Sequence record: SRR31156797_4553
DNA: 20,000 nt
Reading direction: 5' to 3' (one strand)
This document shows positions 1-7,526 of this stretch, one piece after another. How positions within the stretch are numbered: the stretch's first letter is position 1; every line of letters begins with the position of its first letter. The notes under the pieces are model-generated. The model made no database searches, had not been told where the DNA came from, and was given only the letters and a program-made list of their open reading frames with translations. Position numbers and translations under genes: made by a program.

Positions 1-1
1 T

Positions 2-622
2 GCTGACAAAGAGAAACGGCAAGCATTGATCGAAGAAGTCATACAATTAGTGGGATTGGAAAATTTCGTGACTTTCCATCCAGGTGAGCTGAGTGGTGGC
101 TTGAAACGACGGTTGAATATTGCCTGTGGGATCGCTCATAAGCCACGCTTGATTTTTTTAGATGAACCAACAGTCGCCGTCGATCCCCAAAGTCGTAATA
201 AAATTTTGGAAAGCATCAAAGAGCTGAATCGCCAAGGAGCAACGATCGTTTATACGACCCATTACATGGAAGAAGTGGAAATTCTTTGTGACCAGATCGT
301 GATTATGGATCAGGGACAGGTGATTGCCAAAGGGACCAAGGAATCTCTGAAAGACATGGTACGCACGGCAGATCGTTTGACCATCGACATCCCCTTACTG
401 CCAGACCATGTATTGGCTACAATTCAAACCACCATTACTGCTGACGGGATCGTTTATAAAGAGGGACAGCTCCAAGTAACAACGACGGAACTCAATACGG
501 TCTTGCTCCCCATTTTGACGCTCTTACAAGCAGAGAAAATCAGTTACGGAAAAATTGCAACCAAAGAAGCGACCTTAAATGATGTCTTTTTAGAGATCAC
601 GGGCAAGGAATTGAGAGACTAA
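2..622 (+). CDS. ABC transporter ATP-binding subunit (5'-truncated by window edge; DrrA/LnrL/SagG-like exporter ATPase)
   Basis: Frame is open from base 2. Contains signature LSGGLKRRLNIA, Walker B LIFLDEPT, H-loop YTTHYMEE and C-terminal TLNDVFLEITG. Walker A lies outside the window. Confidence 0.95.
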   Translation, partial: ADKEKRQALIEEVIQLVGLENFVTFHPGELSGGLKRRLNIACGIAHKPRLIFLDEPTVAVDPQSRNKILESIKELNRQGATIVYTTHYMEEVEILCDQIVIMDQGQVIAKGTKESLKDMVRTADRLTIDIPLLPDHVLATIQTTITADGIVYKEGQLQVTTTELNTVLLPILTLLQAEKISYGKIATKEATLNDVFLEITGKELRD

Positions 623-635
623 AGGAGGGGAAAAC

Positions 636-1781
636 ATGTTTTGGCATTTTTACAAATATCGCACAAAAGTGCTGTTGCGAAATAAATCCATGCTGTTTTG
701 GACGTTGGCGTTTCCCATTCTCTTAGGCCTAATGTTTATGGCGGCCTTTGGGGAGATCGATCAAGCAGGAAATTTAGAGACAATCACGACGGGAATCGTA
801 AAAAACGGGGATCAATCAGCGCTTTCGGAAAATTTTTCCGCGGTCCTTGAACAAGTGGAAATCAATGAAAAACCATTATTTGATCTTAAGGAACTATCAG
901 AAGCAGAGGCAGTTGAAGAGCTGAATGCGGGTGATTTAGCTGGGTTTTATCTGATAGCTGACGAAACGATTTCACTCCATGTGGGGCAAGCGGGCATGAG
1001 TCAGACGTTGATGAAAAATGTAATGGATCAATTTTTACAACGTACAGCGATTATTTCTAGTAAAGCAGCAGAACTTGAAACGCTTGATCTTGCACCAATT
1101 ATGGCCGCGTTTGAACAGGAAGCGACTTTTCAAGAAGTGAATGCTGATCGTGACATGAGTGTTAAAAGTTTTTATTTCTTTACTTTGATTGGGATGGCGA
1201 TCCTCTATGGGACGATGTGGGGTGTTCGCAATGTTCAGGATCAGCAAGCCAATCAATCCGCGAATGGGATTCGGCTTTCCTTGATACCAAGAAAACGCAC
1301 ATTGGTTTCAAGTGCGAATTTAGCGGCGAGTTTTACGATTGTGTTAGTAGAAGTCTACATTATTTTAGCGGTTTTTCGTTTTGTCTATCAAGTAGACTTT
1401 GGTGAACGATGGCAGTGGCTACTACTGGTTGCCGCGTTGGGATCATTGTGTGCGATTTTGCTAGGAACATTGATTGGAAATCTGACGCCAAAAATGAATC
1501 TGGTGCAAAAGGATGGCATTTTGATTTCCGTGACGATGGCGATGAGCTTTTTTGCCGGGATGATGGGCTCGGAACAAATCAAGTATTGGCTTGATCTACA
1601 TGTGCCGATACTGGGGCAAATAAATCTCGTCAATTTGATCAGTGAAAGTCTCTATCAATTATACTACTATACAGATCTGGCTAGCTTTTATACCAATCTT
1701 TTATGGTTGACTGGCTTTATCGTCCTTTTCGCAATTGGAAATACTTGGATCGAAAGAGGGGTGCGCTATGACGCTTTATAA
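636..1781 (+). CDS. ABC-2 type transporter permease
   Basis: RBS AAAGGAGG before ATG. One N-terminal TM (LFWTLAFPILLG), a large extracellular domain, then about 5 C-terminal TMs. Follows the ATPase. Confidence 0.92.
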   Translation: MFWHFYKYRTKVLLRNKSMLFWTLAFPILLGLMFMAAFGEIDQAGNLETITTGIVKNGDQSALSENFSAVLEQVEINEKPLFDLKELSEAEAVEELNAGDLAGFYLIADETISLHVGQAGMSQTLMKNVMDQFLQRTAIISSKAAELETLDLAPIMAAFEQEATFQEVNADRDMSVKSFYFFTLIGMAILYGTMWGVRNVQDQQANQSANGIRLSLIPRKRTLVSSANLAASFTIVLVEVYIILAVFRFVYQVDFGERWQWLLLVAALGSLCAILLGTLIGNLTPKMNLVQKDGILISVTMAMSFFAGMMGSEQIKYWLDLHVPILGQINLVNLISESLYQLYYYTDLASFYTNLLWLTGFIVLFAIGNTWIERGVRYDAL

Positions 1782-2940
1782 AACGATTTGGACTTTACTG
1801 AAGGCCAATAAGTCGAATTTACTAATTGGAGTACTGATCACTGTGGGAGTTACATTCTTTTATGCACAAAGCATCGACGTCGAAAACACCTCTTTACAAG
1901 AAGCCAACATTGCTTTGATCAGTGAAGAGGAGTCGCCAGTCGTTGACGGTCTTCGGGACTACTTGAAGGAGAAGCAGACCTTGGTCACTTTGGAGGGTAC
2001 CTCACAAAAAGAAATTGATGATGCCCTTTATTTTAATCGCATAAACATCGTCTTGCATTTACCAGTAGATTTCACGGAACAGGTGGAGGCCGGCCAGATG
2101 CCAGCAATCGAGATTCAAAGCCGGCCAGATGCTTTCTCTAAAACCATTGTCACCCAGCAAGTGAACACGTACTTACAGACGCTTTTGCTTTTTAAAGAAG
2201 AAGGTAAAACAGTTAGTGAGGCGATAGAACAAGCACAAACAGCGCTAGCCGTCACTGGGCAAGTTGAACTCAGTACAGAATATAGTCAACGAATGAAAAA
2301 AATGTTAACAGGCATGACCTTTAACTTATTGTCATATGGTCTCTTTCTATCAATATTTAGCGGGTTTGGCGTGATCAATATGGCCTTTAATCGCAAAGCA
2401 ATCAGCAAGCGAAACCAGAGCGCCCCTCTTGCTAAACGTGTCTTACAGCGGAAAATCCTGTTAAGCTTGATCAGTTATTCGCTGCTCTTAACTTTCGGCT
2501 TTTTATTACTGATGGTGTTATTAGTGATCCGCACGTCTTGGGATACAGCAGCTTGGTACCACATTTTGAACACGTTCTTGTTTTTATTACCAGTCATCAG
2601 CTTCTCGGCGTGTGTCACTTCCCTGGTGAAAAATTCAGAAGCAATCGGCGGGATCAGCAATATCTTTATAACCGGCAGCTGTTTTATCGGTGGTGTCTTT
2701 GTATCAGCTAATTTCCTGCCAGATATCGTCAATAAAATCGCGGCGTTTACACCAACGTATTGGTTTGTTCAAAACAATACCTTGATTAGCGAGACCCTCA
2801 CGTACAATCAAGGGTTTACTGAATCGTTTTGGTTCAATGGCTTTGTCTTGGTTGCATTTGCAGCAGTATTTTCAATGATTCATTTTGTTTTGGGAAAAGA
2901 AGGCAGTCCTCGTTGGCAGTACAACTCAGCGAAAAACTAA
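1768..2940 (+). CDS. ABC-2 type transporter permease (second subunit)
   Basis: ATG at 1768 after AGAGGGG, overlapping the previous gene by 14 nt. Same topology, with FIGGVFV...LP...IAAFTPTYW ABC-2 membrane motif. Confidence 0.92.
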   Translation: MTLYKTIWTLLKANKSNLLIGVLITVGVTFFYAQSIDVENTSLQEANIALISEEESPVVDGLRDYLKEKQTLVTLEGTSQKEIDDALYFNRINIVLHLPVDFTEQVEAGQMPAIEIQSRPDAFSKTIVTQQVNTYLQTLLLFKEEGKTVSEAIEQAQTALAVTGQVELSTEYSQRMKKMLTGMTFNLLSYGLFLSIFSGFGVINMAFNRKAISKRNQSAPLAKRVLQRKILLSLISYSLLLTFGFLLLMVLLVIRTSWDTAAWYHILNTFLFLLPVISFSACVTSLVKNSEAIGGISNIFITGSCFIGGVFVSANFLPDIVNKIAAFTPTYWFVQNNTLISETLTYNQGFTESFWFNGFVLVAFAAVFSMIHFVLGKEGSPRWQYNSAKN

Positions 2941-2951
2941 CAGGTACACAG

Positions 2952-2993
2952 AAAAAAAAGATACAAATCGTTGCTGATTTGTATCGTTTTCTT
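2952..2993. terminator. Bidirectional intrinsic terminator between convergent ABC operon and lipid kinase gene
   Basis: GATACAAATC (2960-2969) / GATTTGTATC (2976-2985) perfect stem, with an A-run before and a T-rich run after. Confidence 0.8.
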
Positions 2994-3964
2994 TATGGGC
3001 ACCAAAATAATTGATTGGCAGTAGTAAAGGTAATATCAAAGGGACGTTGGCCCATTTCTTCGCCATCTTCTTGTCCATGTTGGGGCACGGTAGAGATAAT
3101 TCTCAGCTTCGACGTGGAGAGATGATGAAAGTAGCGTGAATTCATGTGTTTCTTACGCATCAGTAAACCGATCAGCCAGAAAATCTTGAAAATCGACACA
3201 CGCTCAACGAGTACGAAATCAAACTTTTTCTCTCTGACTGAAGCGGTTGGGGCGATTGCAACACCGCCGCCAAAGTAAGGATGATTGGTCGTGGTGCACA
3301 AAAAAGCTTTTTTATAACTGAATTGTTGCCCATTACACTCGACTAAGATCGGAAAACCTCTTTGAAGAAACAAAACGCGGATAATTGCAGCGATATAGGA
3401 AAAGGAGCCGAGGTTGAACTTATTAAGACTGCTTTTTGCCACAGAGTGATTGGTGGTATAGACGATTGCCGCATCAAGACCAATACCCACATTATTAAGA
3501 GCGATGCCGTTTTCCTCTTGGATCTGCTCTTCATAGCGGATAATGGCCAATTCTTGGGGCTTAGTAGTACCGGCAATTTTCCAAAACGCTTTTTCCGGCT
3601 CTCGTGGCAGATCGATACTTCGCGCAAAATCGTTTCCCGAGCCAGCGGGGATGTAAGCAACGGGAATTTGTTGTTGTTCAAGTTGTAACTCTGATACTAC
3701 TTGGTGCAGCGTTCCATCACCGCCGATAACCACCAATAATGGATAAAGCATCTCGCCATTTTCTAAATAGACATCATCCCAAGGCAAAAGGCGTTCTTTT
3801 AAGAGTTTTCTGGTGATGTACCGTTCGTCGCCGGGTGATTTGGTTAGGTAGATTTGATGGGGGAAACGATGTTTTTTTACGATTCTTTGCACACGTTCCG
3901 CCGCTTTTTTTCCTCGTCCACTACCTGAAGCAGGGTTTACGAGGAAGTGATAATAATAGTTCAT
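2993..3964 (-). CDS. Diacylglycerol kinase family (YegS/BmrU-like) lipid kinase
   Basis: Motifs NPASGSG, GGDGTLHQV, IPAGSGNDFAR, GIGLDA, YFGGG and DGE. Confidence 0.93.
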   Translation of the reverse strand: MNYYYHFLVNPASGSGRGKKAAERVQRIVKKHRFPHQIYLTKSPGDERYITRKLLKERLLPWDDVYLENGEMLYPLLVVIGGDGTLHQVVSELQLEQQQIPVAYIPAGSGNDFARSIDLPREPEKAFWKIAGTTKPQELAIIRYEEQIQEENGIALNNVGIGLDAAIVYTTNHSVAKSSLNKFNLGSFSYIAAIIRVLFLQRGFPILVECNGQQFSYKKAFLCTTTNHPYFGGGVAIAPTASVREKKFDFVLVERVSIFKIFWLIGLLMRKKHMNSRYFHHLSTSKLRIISTVPQHGQEDGEEMGQRPFDITFTTANQLFWCP

Positions 3965-4006
3965 TTTATGAATAGCTCCATATCGTTTTTTCGTTCAATG
4001 CGGTTA

Positions 4007-4015
4007 ATTATAGCA
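4007..4015 (-). promoter_or_regulatory. Extended -10 promoter element for lipid kinase gene
   Basis: TGCTATAAT on the minus strand, about 43 nt upstream of the start codon. Confidence 0.7.
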
Positions 4016-4057
4016 TGTTTCGACAGAAGGCGGGGAGACGATGCCTGAAAAAAGAGC

Positions 4058-4270
4058 AAAAAAATAGATTCGACGATTGTGCTTTCTGGGTTTTCAAAGG
4101 TTCTTATGTCCACTTTGATCCTCAGGTAATGATGCCCATCGCCGAATCCTATTCAATTAGTAAGGAGTAACTCAAATTCCCACATCCTTTGTCTTTTATT
4201 CTAAGTTGACAACAATTCTTTTCTTGCAGAACCTGCTTCGTCTGCTTTACTGGGAATCCTTGCTCCTTAC
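4058..4270 (-). ncRNA. Candidate structured small RNA (~210 nt), family unassigned
   Basis: Extended -10 TGCTATACT (4277-4285) puts +1 at about 4270. Two long adjacent hairpins follow, with G-U wobbles favouring the minus strand, ending in U7 (4058-4064). No credible ORF. Confidence 0.6.
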
Positions 4271-4276
4271 ACTTAT

Positions 4277-4314
4277 AGTATAGCACATTTTTCTCTTTTA
4301 GCAATCGCTTACAT
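4277..4314 (-). promoter_or_regulatory. SigA-type promoter with overlapping cre (CcpA) site
   Basis: TGCTATACT -10. TTGCTA -35 (4299-4304). ATGTAAGCGATTGCT (4300-4314) matches WTGNAANCGNWNNCW. Confidence 0.6.
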
Positions 4315-4361
4315 GATTTGGTAGTTGTCTTTTAGATAAATTTAAATAGTTTAAATAAAAG

Positions 4362-4404
4362 ATAAAGGAAAAGCAAAACCGAGTTTTCATTCGATTTTGC
4401 TTTT
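4362..4404 (-). terminator. Intrinsic terminator of lipoprotein/small membrane protein operon
   Basis: Minus-strand AAAAGCAAAATCGA...TCGGTTTTGCTTTT stem followed by CCTTT, 21 nt past the stop at 4426. Confidence 0.7.
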
Positions 4405-4425
4405 ATGTCTTTTAGAAAGTAGCAG

Positions 4426-4674
4426 TCATTCTTTTTTTGGATTTTTCACAAAAATTAAAATCAAAATTGGAACCACTAAAAATATAATCGAATTATTGAT
4501 TATCAGCACATCGTAATTACTAAAATTAAACGGATTATTTTGCCATGTTTGAAACATAAATCCCAGTAAATTTTGAGTATGGGCAAGATAAAATAAAGCA
4601 GAGGTGCCTAGTATGTTAAGGATTATTGTGATCACACATAAAATCCGTACTAGCTTAATTAGTACTTTTTTCAT
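4426..4674 (-). CDS. Hypothetical small membrane protein (82 aa, 2 predicted TM segments)
   Basis: RBS AAAGGAG upstream, two hydrophobic stretches, basic termini. 16 nt downstream of the lipoprotein gene. Confidence 0.75.
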   Translation of the reverse strand: MKKVLIKLVRILCVITIILNILGTSALFYLAHTQNLLGFMFQTWQNNPFNFSNYDVLIINNSIIFLVVPILILIFVKNPKKE

Positions 4675-4690
4675 AGGAGAGCTCCTTTAG

Positions 4691-5203
4691 TTATTGCTGC
4701 ATTTCTGGTAGATTGGCGAAGGCTTCAGTTAGTTTCACAGATTCTTCTAAAATATCCATATAGATATCGTAGTAAGCCCAGCCGTCACCTAGATCAGCCG
4801 CTTCAATTGTCTCAGTGGTTGTTTGAAATTCTCTCATCAAATCAGTGTAGCTACGCATAACAGAAGTGTAAGCGGACAAATCATAAGTTTCAGGATTGGC
4901 AATATACCCTTCAACTTCTGCGGTCAGATCAGCGTACGTATCAGATAATTTTTCAAGTTGTGCTTCCAATTCATCAGAAGCTTGCTCATTCGCTTGGCTG
5001 TCAATTTCTTCTTCTGAGCTCTCATTAGTTTCAATCTCTTCTTCTTCAGAAGCAGCGACATCCTCAGAATCTTCGGAGCTTTCCATTGTTGTTTCAGTTG
5101 TTTGTTGTGACGATTCGACAGTATCACTTTCCACATCTTCACTAGAGCAACCAGCCAGGAATAAAGTGGATACTAGTACAAAACCAAATAAAATCTTTTT
5201 CAT
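4691..5203 (-). CDS. Hypothetical acidic lipoprotein (170 aa)
   Basis: True start ATG 5203 after AAGGGG. Signal peptide MKKILFGFVLVSTLFLAG|C with lipobox LAGC. S/E/T-rich linker, then a helical acidic domain. Confidence 0.85.
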   Translation of the reverse strand: MKKILFGFVLVSTLFLAGCSSEDVESDTVESSQQTTETTMESSEDSEDVAASEEEEIETNESSEEEIDSQANEQASDELEAQLEKLSDTYADLTAEVEGYIANPETYDLSAYTSVMRSYTDLMREFQTTTETIEAADLGDGWAYYDIYMDILEESVKLTEAFANLPEMQQ

Positions 5204-5276
5204 TTTTAAACCCCTTTTTTTCAAAATAAATTGTAATATTTTGCTTATATTATAATTTATGAAGAAATATTTTTTT

Positions 5277-5314
5277 GTATCTAAAAAAGAACATATCCTT
5301 TCTTTTTTAGATAC
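5277..5314. repeat. Perfect 15-bp inverted repeat with 8-nt spacer
   Basis: GTATCTAAAAAAGAA-CATATCCT-TTCTTTTTTAGATAC. Confidence 0.85.
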
Positions 5315-5597
5315 TTTATTTATTTTACCTTGAAAAGCCTCACGAATAAAGAAGTATCTGGTTATTTTAACCATTATTTAACTATGTTTATGCATATTGT
5401 TATAAATAGTGATAAAAAAAGCGTTTTTTTATTTTGTGTAAAAATTCAAAAGGTTTGCATTTTATGGAGAAAAGATATTAAAATAACTATAATATATCTA
5501 ATTATTTTTTTATTATTATTTATTGCTTTTTCCTTGTTAAAAAAAAGCGATAGGAGTAAATTAGAAGTGTAAAAAACTTATTTTAGGAGGAAGTATT

Positions 5598-6572
5598 ATG
5601 TGTACTGCGTTAACTTATGTAACGAAAGATCATTATTTTGGCAGAAATTTTGATTATGATGTTTCTTATAAAGAAGTAGTGACCATTACTCCGAGAAATT
5701 ATCCATTCAAATTTCGCAAAGTAAGTGAAATAGATCACCATTACGCAATGATTGGGATTGCTGCTGGTGTCGCTGAGTATCCACTGTATTATGATGCGGT
5801 CAATGAAAAAGGTTTAGGTATCGCTGGATTGAATTTTCCAGAAAATGCTGTCTACAATGAATTTCAAGAAGGAAAAGAGAATGTTACGCCTTTTGAGTTC
5901 ATCCCATGGCTCTTAGGACAATGCGCTACTGTCGAAGAAGTAAAAGGGCTATTAGCCAATGTCAATCTCGTTCGGATCAATTTTAGTGAAGATTTGCCTC
6001 TATCGCCTTTGCATTGGATGATTGCTGATAAAAAAAGTGCCATCGTTGTGGAAAGTATGAGTGATGGCCTTCATATTCATGAAAATCCGGTGGGAGTTTT
6101 GACAAATAATCCGCCATTTGATTATCAATTGTTCAATTTGAATAACTACCGTGTGTTATCATCGAAAACTCCGGAAACCCATTTTTCTGACAAGCTGGAT
6201 TTTGATGAATATAGTCGTGGAATGGGCGGCTTAGGTCTGCCAGGAGATCTTTCTTCGATGTCTCGCTTTGTCAAAGTAGCTTTTACCCGATTAAATTCCG
6301 TTTCTGGAGAATCTGAATCCGAAAGCATTAGTCAGTTCTTCCATATTTTAGGTTCGGTTGAGCAACAAAAAGGACTTTGTGACATAGGCAATGAGCGCTA
6401 TGAGTACACGATTTATTCTTCTTGCTGCAATACAGATAAAGGAATCTATTACTATCGTACGTATGAAAATAGTCAAATCGTTGCAGTTGATATGAATAAA
6501 GAAGATTTGGAAGGTAATGTACCGATTTCTTATCCATTAATTGAAGACCAACAAGTTCTTTTCAGTAACTGA
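5598..6572 (+). CDS. bsh: Bile salt hydrolase (choloylglycine hydrolase, Ntn-hydrolase)
   Basis: RBS AGGAGG. N-terminal MCT nucleophile, YFGRNFD, NEKGL, VLTNNPPF, GLPGDLSSMSRF. 324 aa, no signal peptide. Confidence 0.93.
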   Translation: MCTALTYVTKDHYFGRNFDYDVSYKEVVTITPRNYPFKFRKVSEIDHHYAMIGIAAGVAEYPLYYDAVNEKGLGIAGLNFPENAVYNEFQEGKENVTPFEFIPWLLGQCATVEEVKGLLANVNLVRINFSEDLPLSPLHWMIADKKSAIVVESMSDGLHIHENPVGVLTNNPPFDYQLFNLNNYRVLSSKTPETHFSDKLDFDEYSRGMGGLGLPGDLSSMSRFVKVAFTRLNSVSGESESESISQFFHILGSVEQQKGLCDIGNERYEYTIYSSCCNTDKGIYYYRTYENSQIVAVDMNKEDLEGNVPISYPLIEDQQVLFSN

Positions 6573-6581
6573 TCCATTCTT

Positions 6582-6619
6582 AAAAAACCATCTCAAAGCT
6601 GTTTTGAGATGGTTTTTTT
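6582..6619. terminator. Bidirectional intrinsic terminator
   Basis: AAAAAACCATCTCAAA / TTTGAGATGGTTTTTT perfect stem between convergent genes. Confidence 0.88.
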
Positions 6620-6631
6620 CCTTTTCCATTT

Positions 6632-7159
6632 TTAAAATGAATCACTCTCATTTGTTGTCGTCTTCGTCCCTGCGGTACTTTTATTCGGAAATGGAAAAAA
6701 GCGGTTCACCAATATTGCAATCGTCATGCCGATGAAACTATCAACAATCCGATTAAAAGCATACAAGTAAGATTCAGTTTGAGGGATCATAAATAAAATC
6801 GTCAATAGTGTAGCACAAGCACCAACTGTTCCCTCGGAGTAATCAAATTTGACCAATAAAGCGATCATCAACATGATCACTAAAGGGATCGCAATCATTT
6901 GTATAAAGGACGAATGTCCGAAAAAGTTAAATATCGCAATACAAAATACAGAAGCGATTGCGCCGAAGCTGTTACCGGCAATCCGATGTTTCCCGTATTT
7001 GACGGTATTCTCATGATCTTCTCTTAATGTGAAAACAGCTGTGATCGTTGATACGACGTAGGTTTCACGATTCAAAAGAACACTAATCAAAATACAGAGG
7101 AATACACTGATTCCAGTTTTTACATTTCTTAAGCCAAAGGTCAATCCAAATAAGTTCAA
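6632..7159 (-). CDS. Aromatic acid exporter / FUSC family membrane protein
   Basis: GLRNVKTGISV start motif, HRIAGNSFGA, and AFNRIVDSFIG..IAILVN end motif. TTG start with GAGG 9 nt upstream. TGGTATAAT promoter at 7197-7205. Confidence 0.85.
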   Translation of the reverse strand: MNLFGLTFGLRNVKTGISVFLCILISVLLNRETYVVSTITAVFTLREDHENTVKYGKHRIAGNSFGAIASVFCIAIFNFFGHSSFIQMIAIPLVIMLMIALLVKFDYSEGTVGACATLLTILFMIPQTESYLYAFNRIVDSFIGMTIAILVNRFFPFPNKSTAGTKTTTNESDSF

Positions 7160-7526
7160 TCATGCCATCCTCTCAAAACAAATTTCAACGAAGTCGATTA
7201 TACCACATTGCAGACGGTCAATTGCTTAGATTTTCAGAAAAATGAACAACGATTCTTTCATCGTACGTTGACAGGCAAATTTTATCAGTCGTCGAGAAGC
7301 TAGCTTGATACCATGCAATTTTCAACTTTGAGTGTTGAAAGGAATACAATAAGTGACCCCAACCCTAAATGAATTGACTTTCGTTGCCATCGCTTAAGAC
7401 TCCTTTTTTTATTTCTCAGTCTGTTCAACGTTTAAATAAGTGTTTTGATAAAAAAATATTTATTGTTCATAAAAAGTTTGTTTTTTAGATATTATATTGA
7501 GATAATCAAAATAAGGAGGGTTTAAA

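Noticed and set aside
4041-4191. Tiny ORFs in the sRNA region (MPEKRAKK, MMPIAESYSISKE, MWEFELLLTN, MGIIT) as a type I toxin or leader peptide
   Set aside because: Too short, not hydrophobic enough for a type I toxin, and mostly without a correctly spaced SD.
4058-4270. 6S RNA, SRP RNA, T-box or RNase P identity for the candidate sRNA
   Set aside because: The 5' and 3' ends do not pair into one rod (6S). No GGAAGGAAGCAG SRP motif, no UGGNACC T-box bulge, no GAGGAAAGUCC RNase P motif.
5204-5374. 57-aa N-terminal extension of the lipoprotein ORF (similar extensions at 1735, 10124, 10645, 13962, 14659, 16896)
   Set aside because: Longest-ORF artefacts. SD position and family N-termini support the downstream starts used.
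5330-5572. 80-aa hydrophobic ORF upstream of bsh
   Set aside because: Lies in very AT-rich promoter DNA with no SD. Its hydrophobicity follows from T-rich codons.
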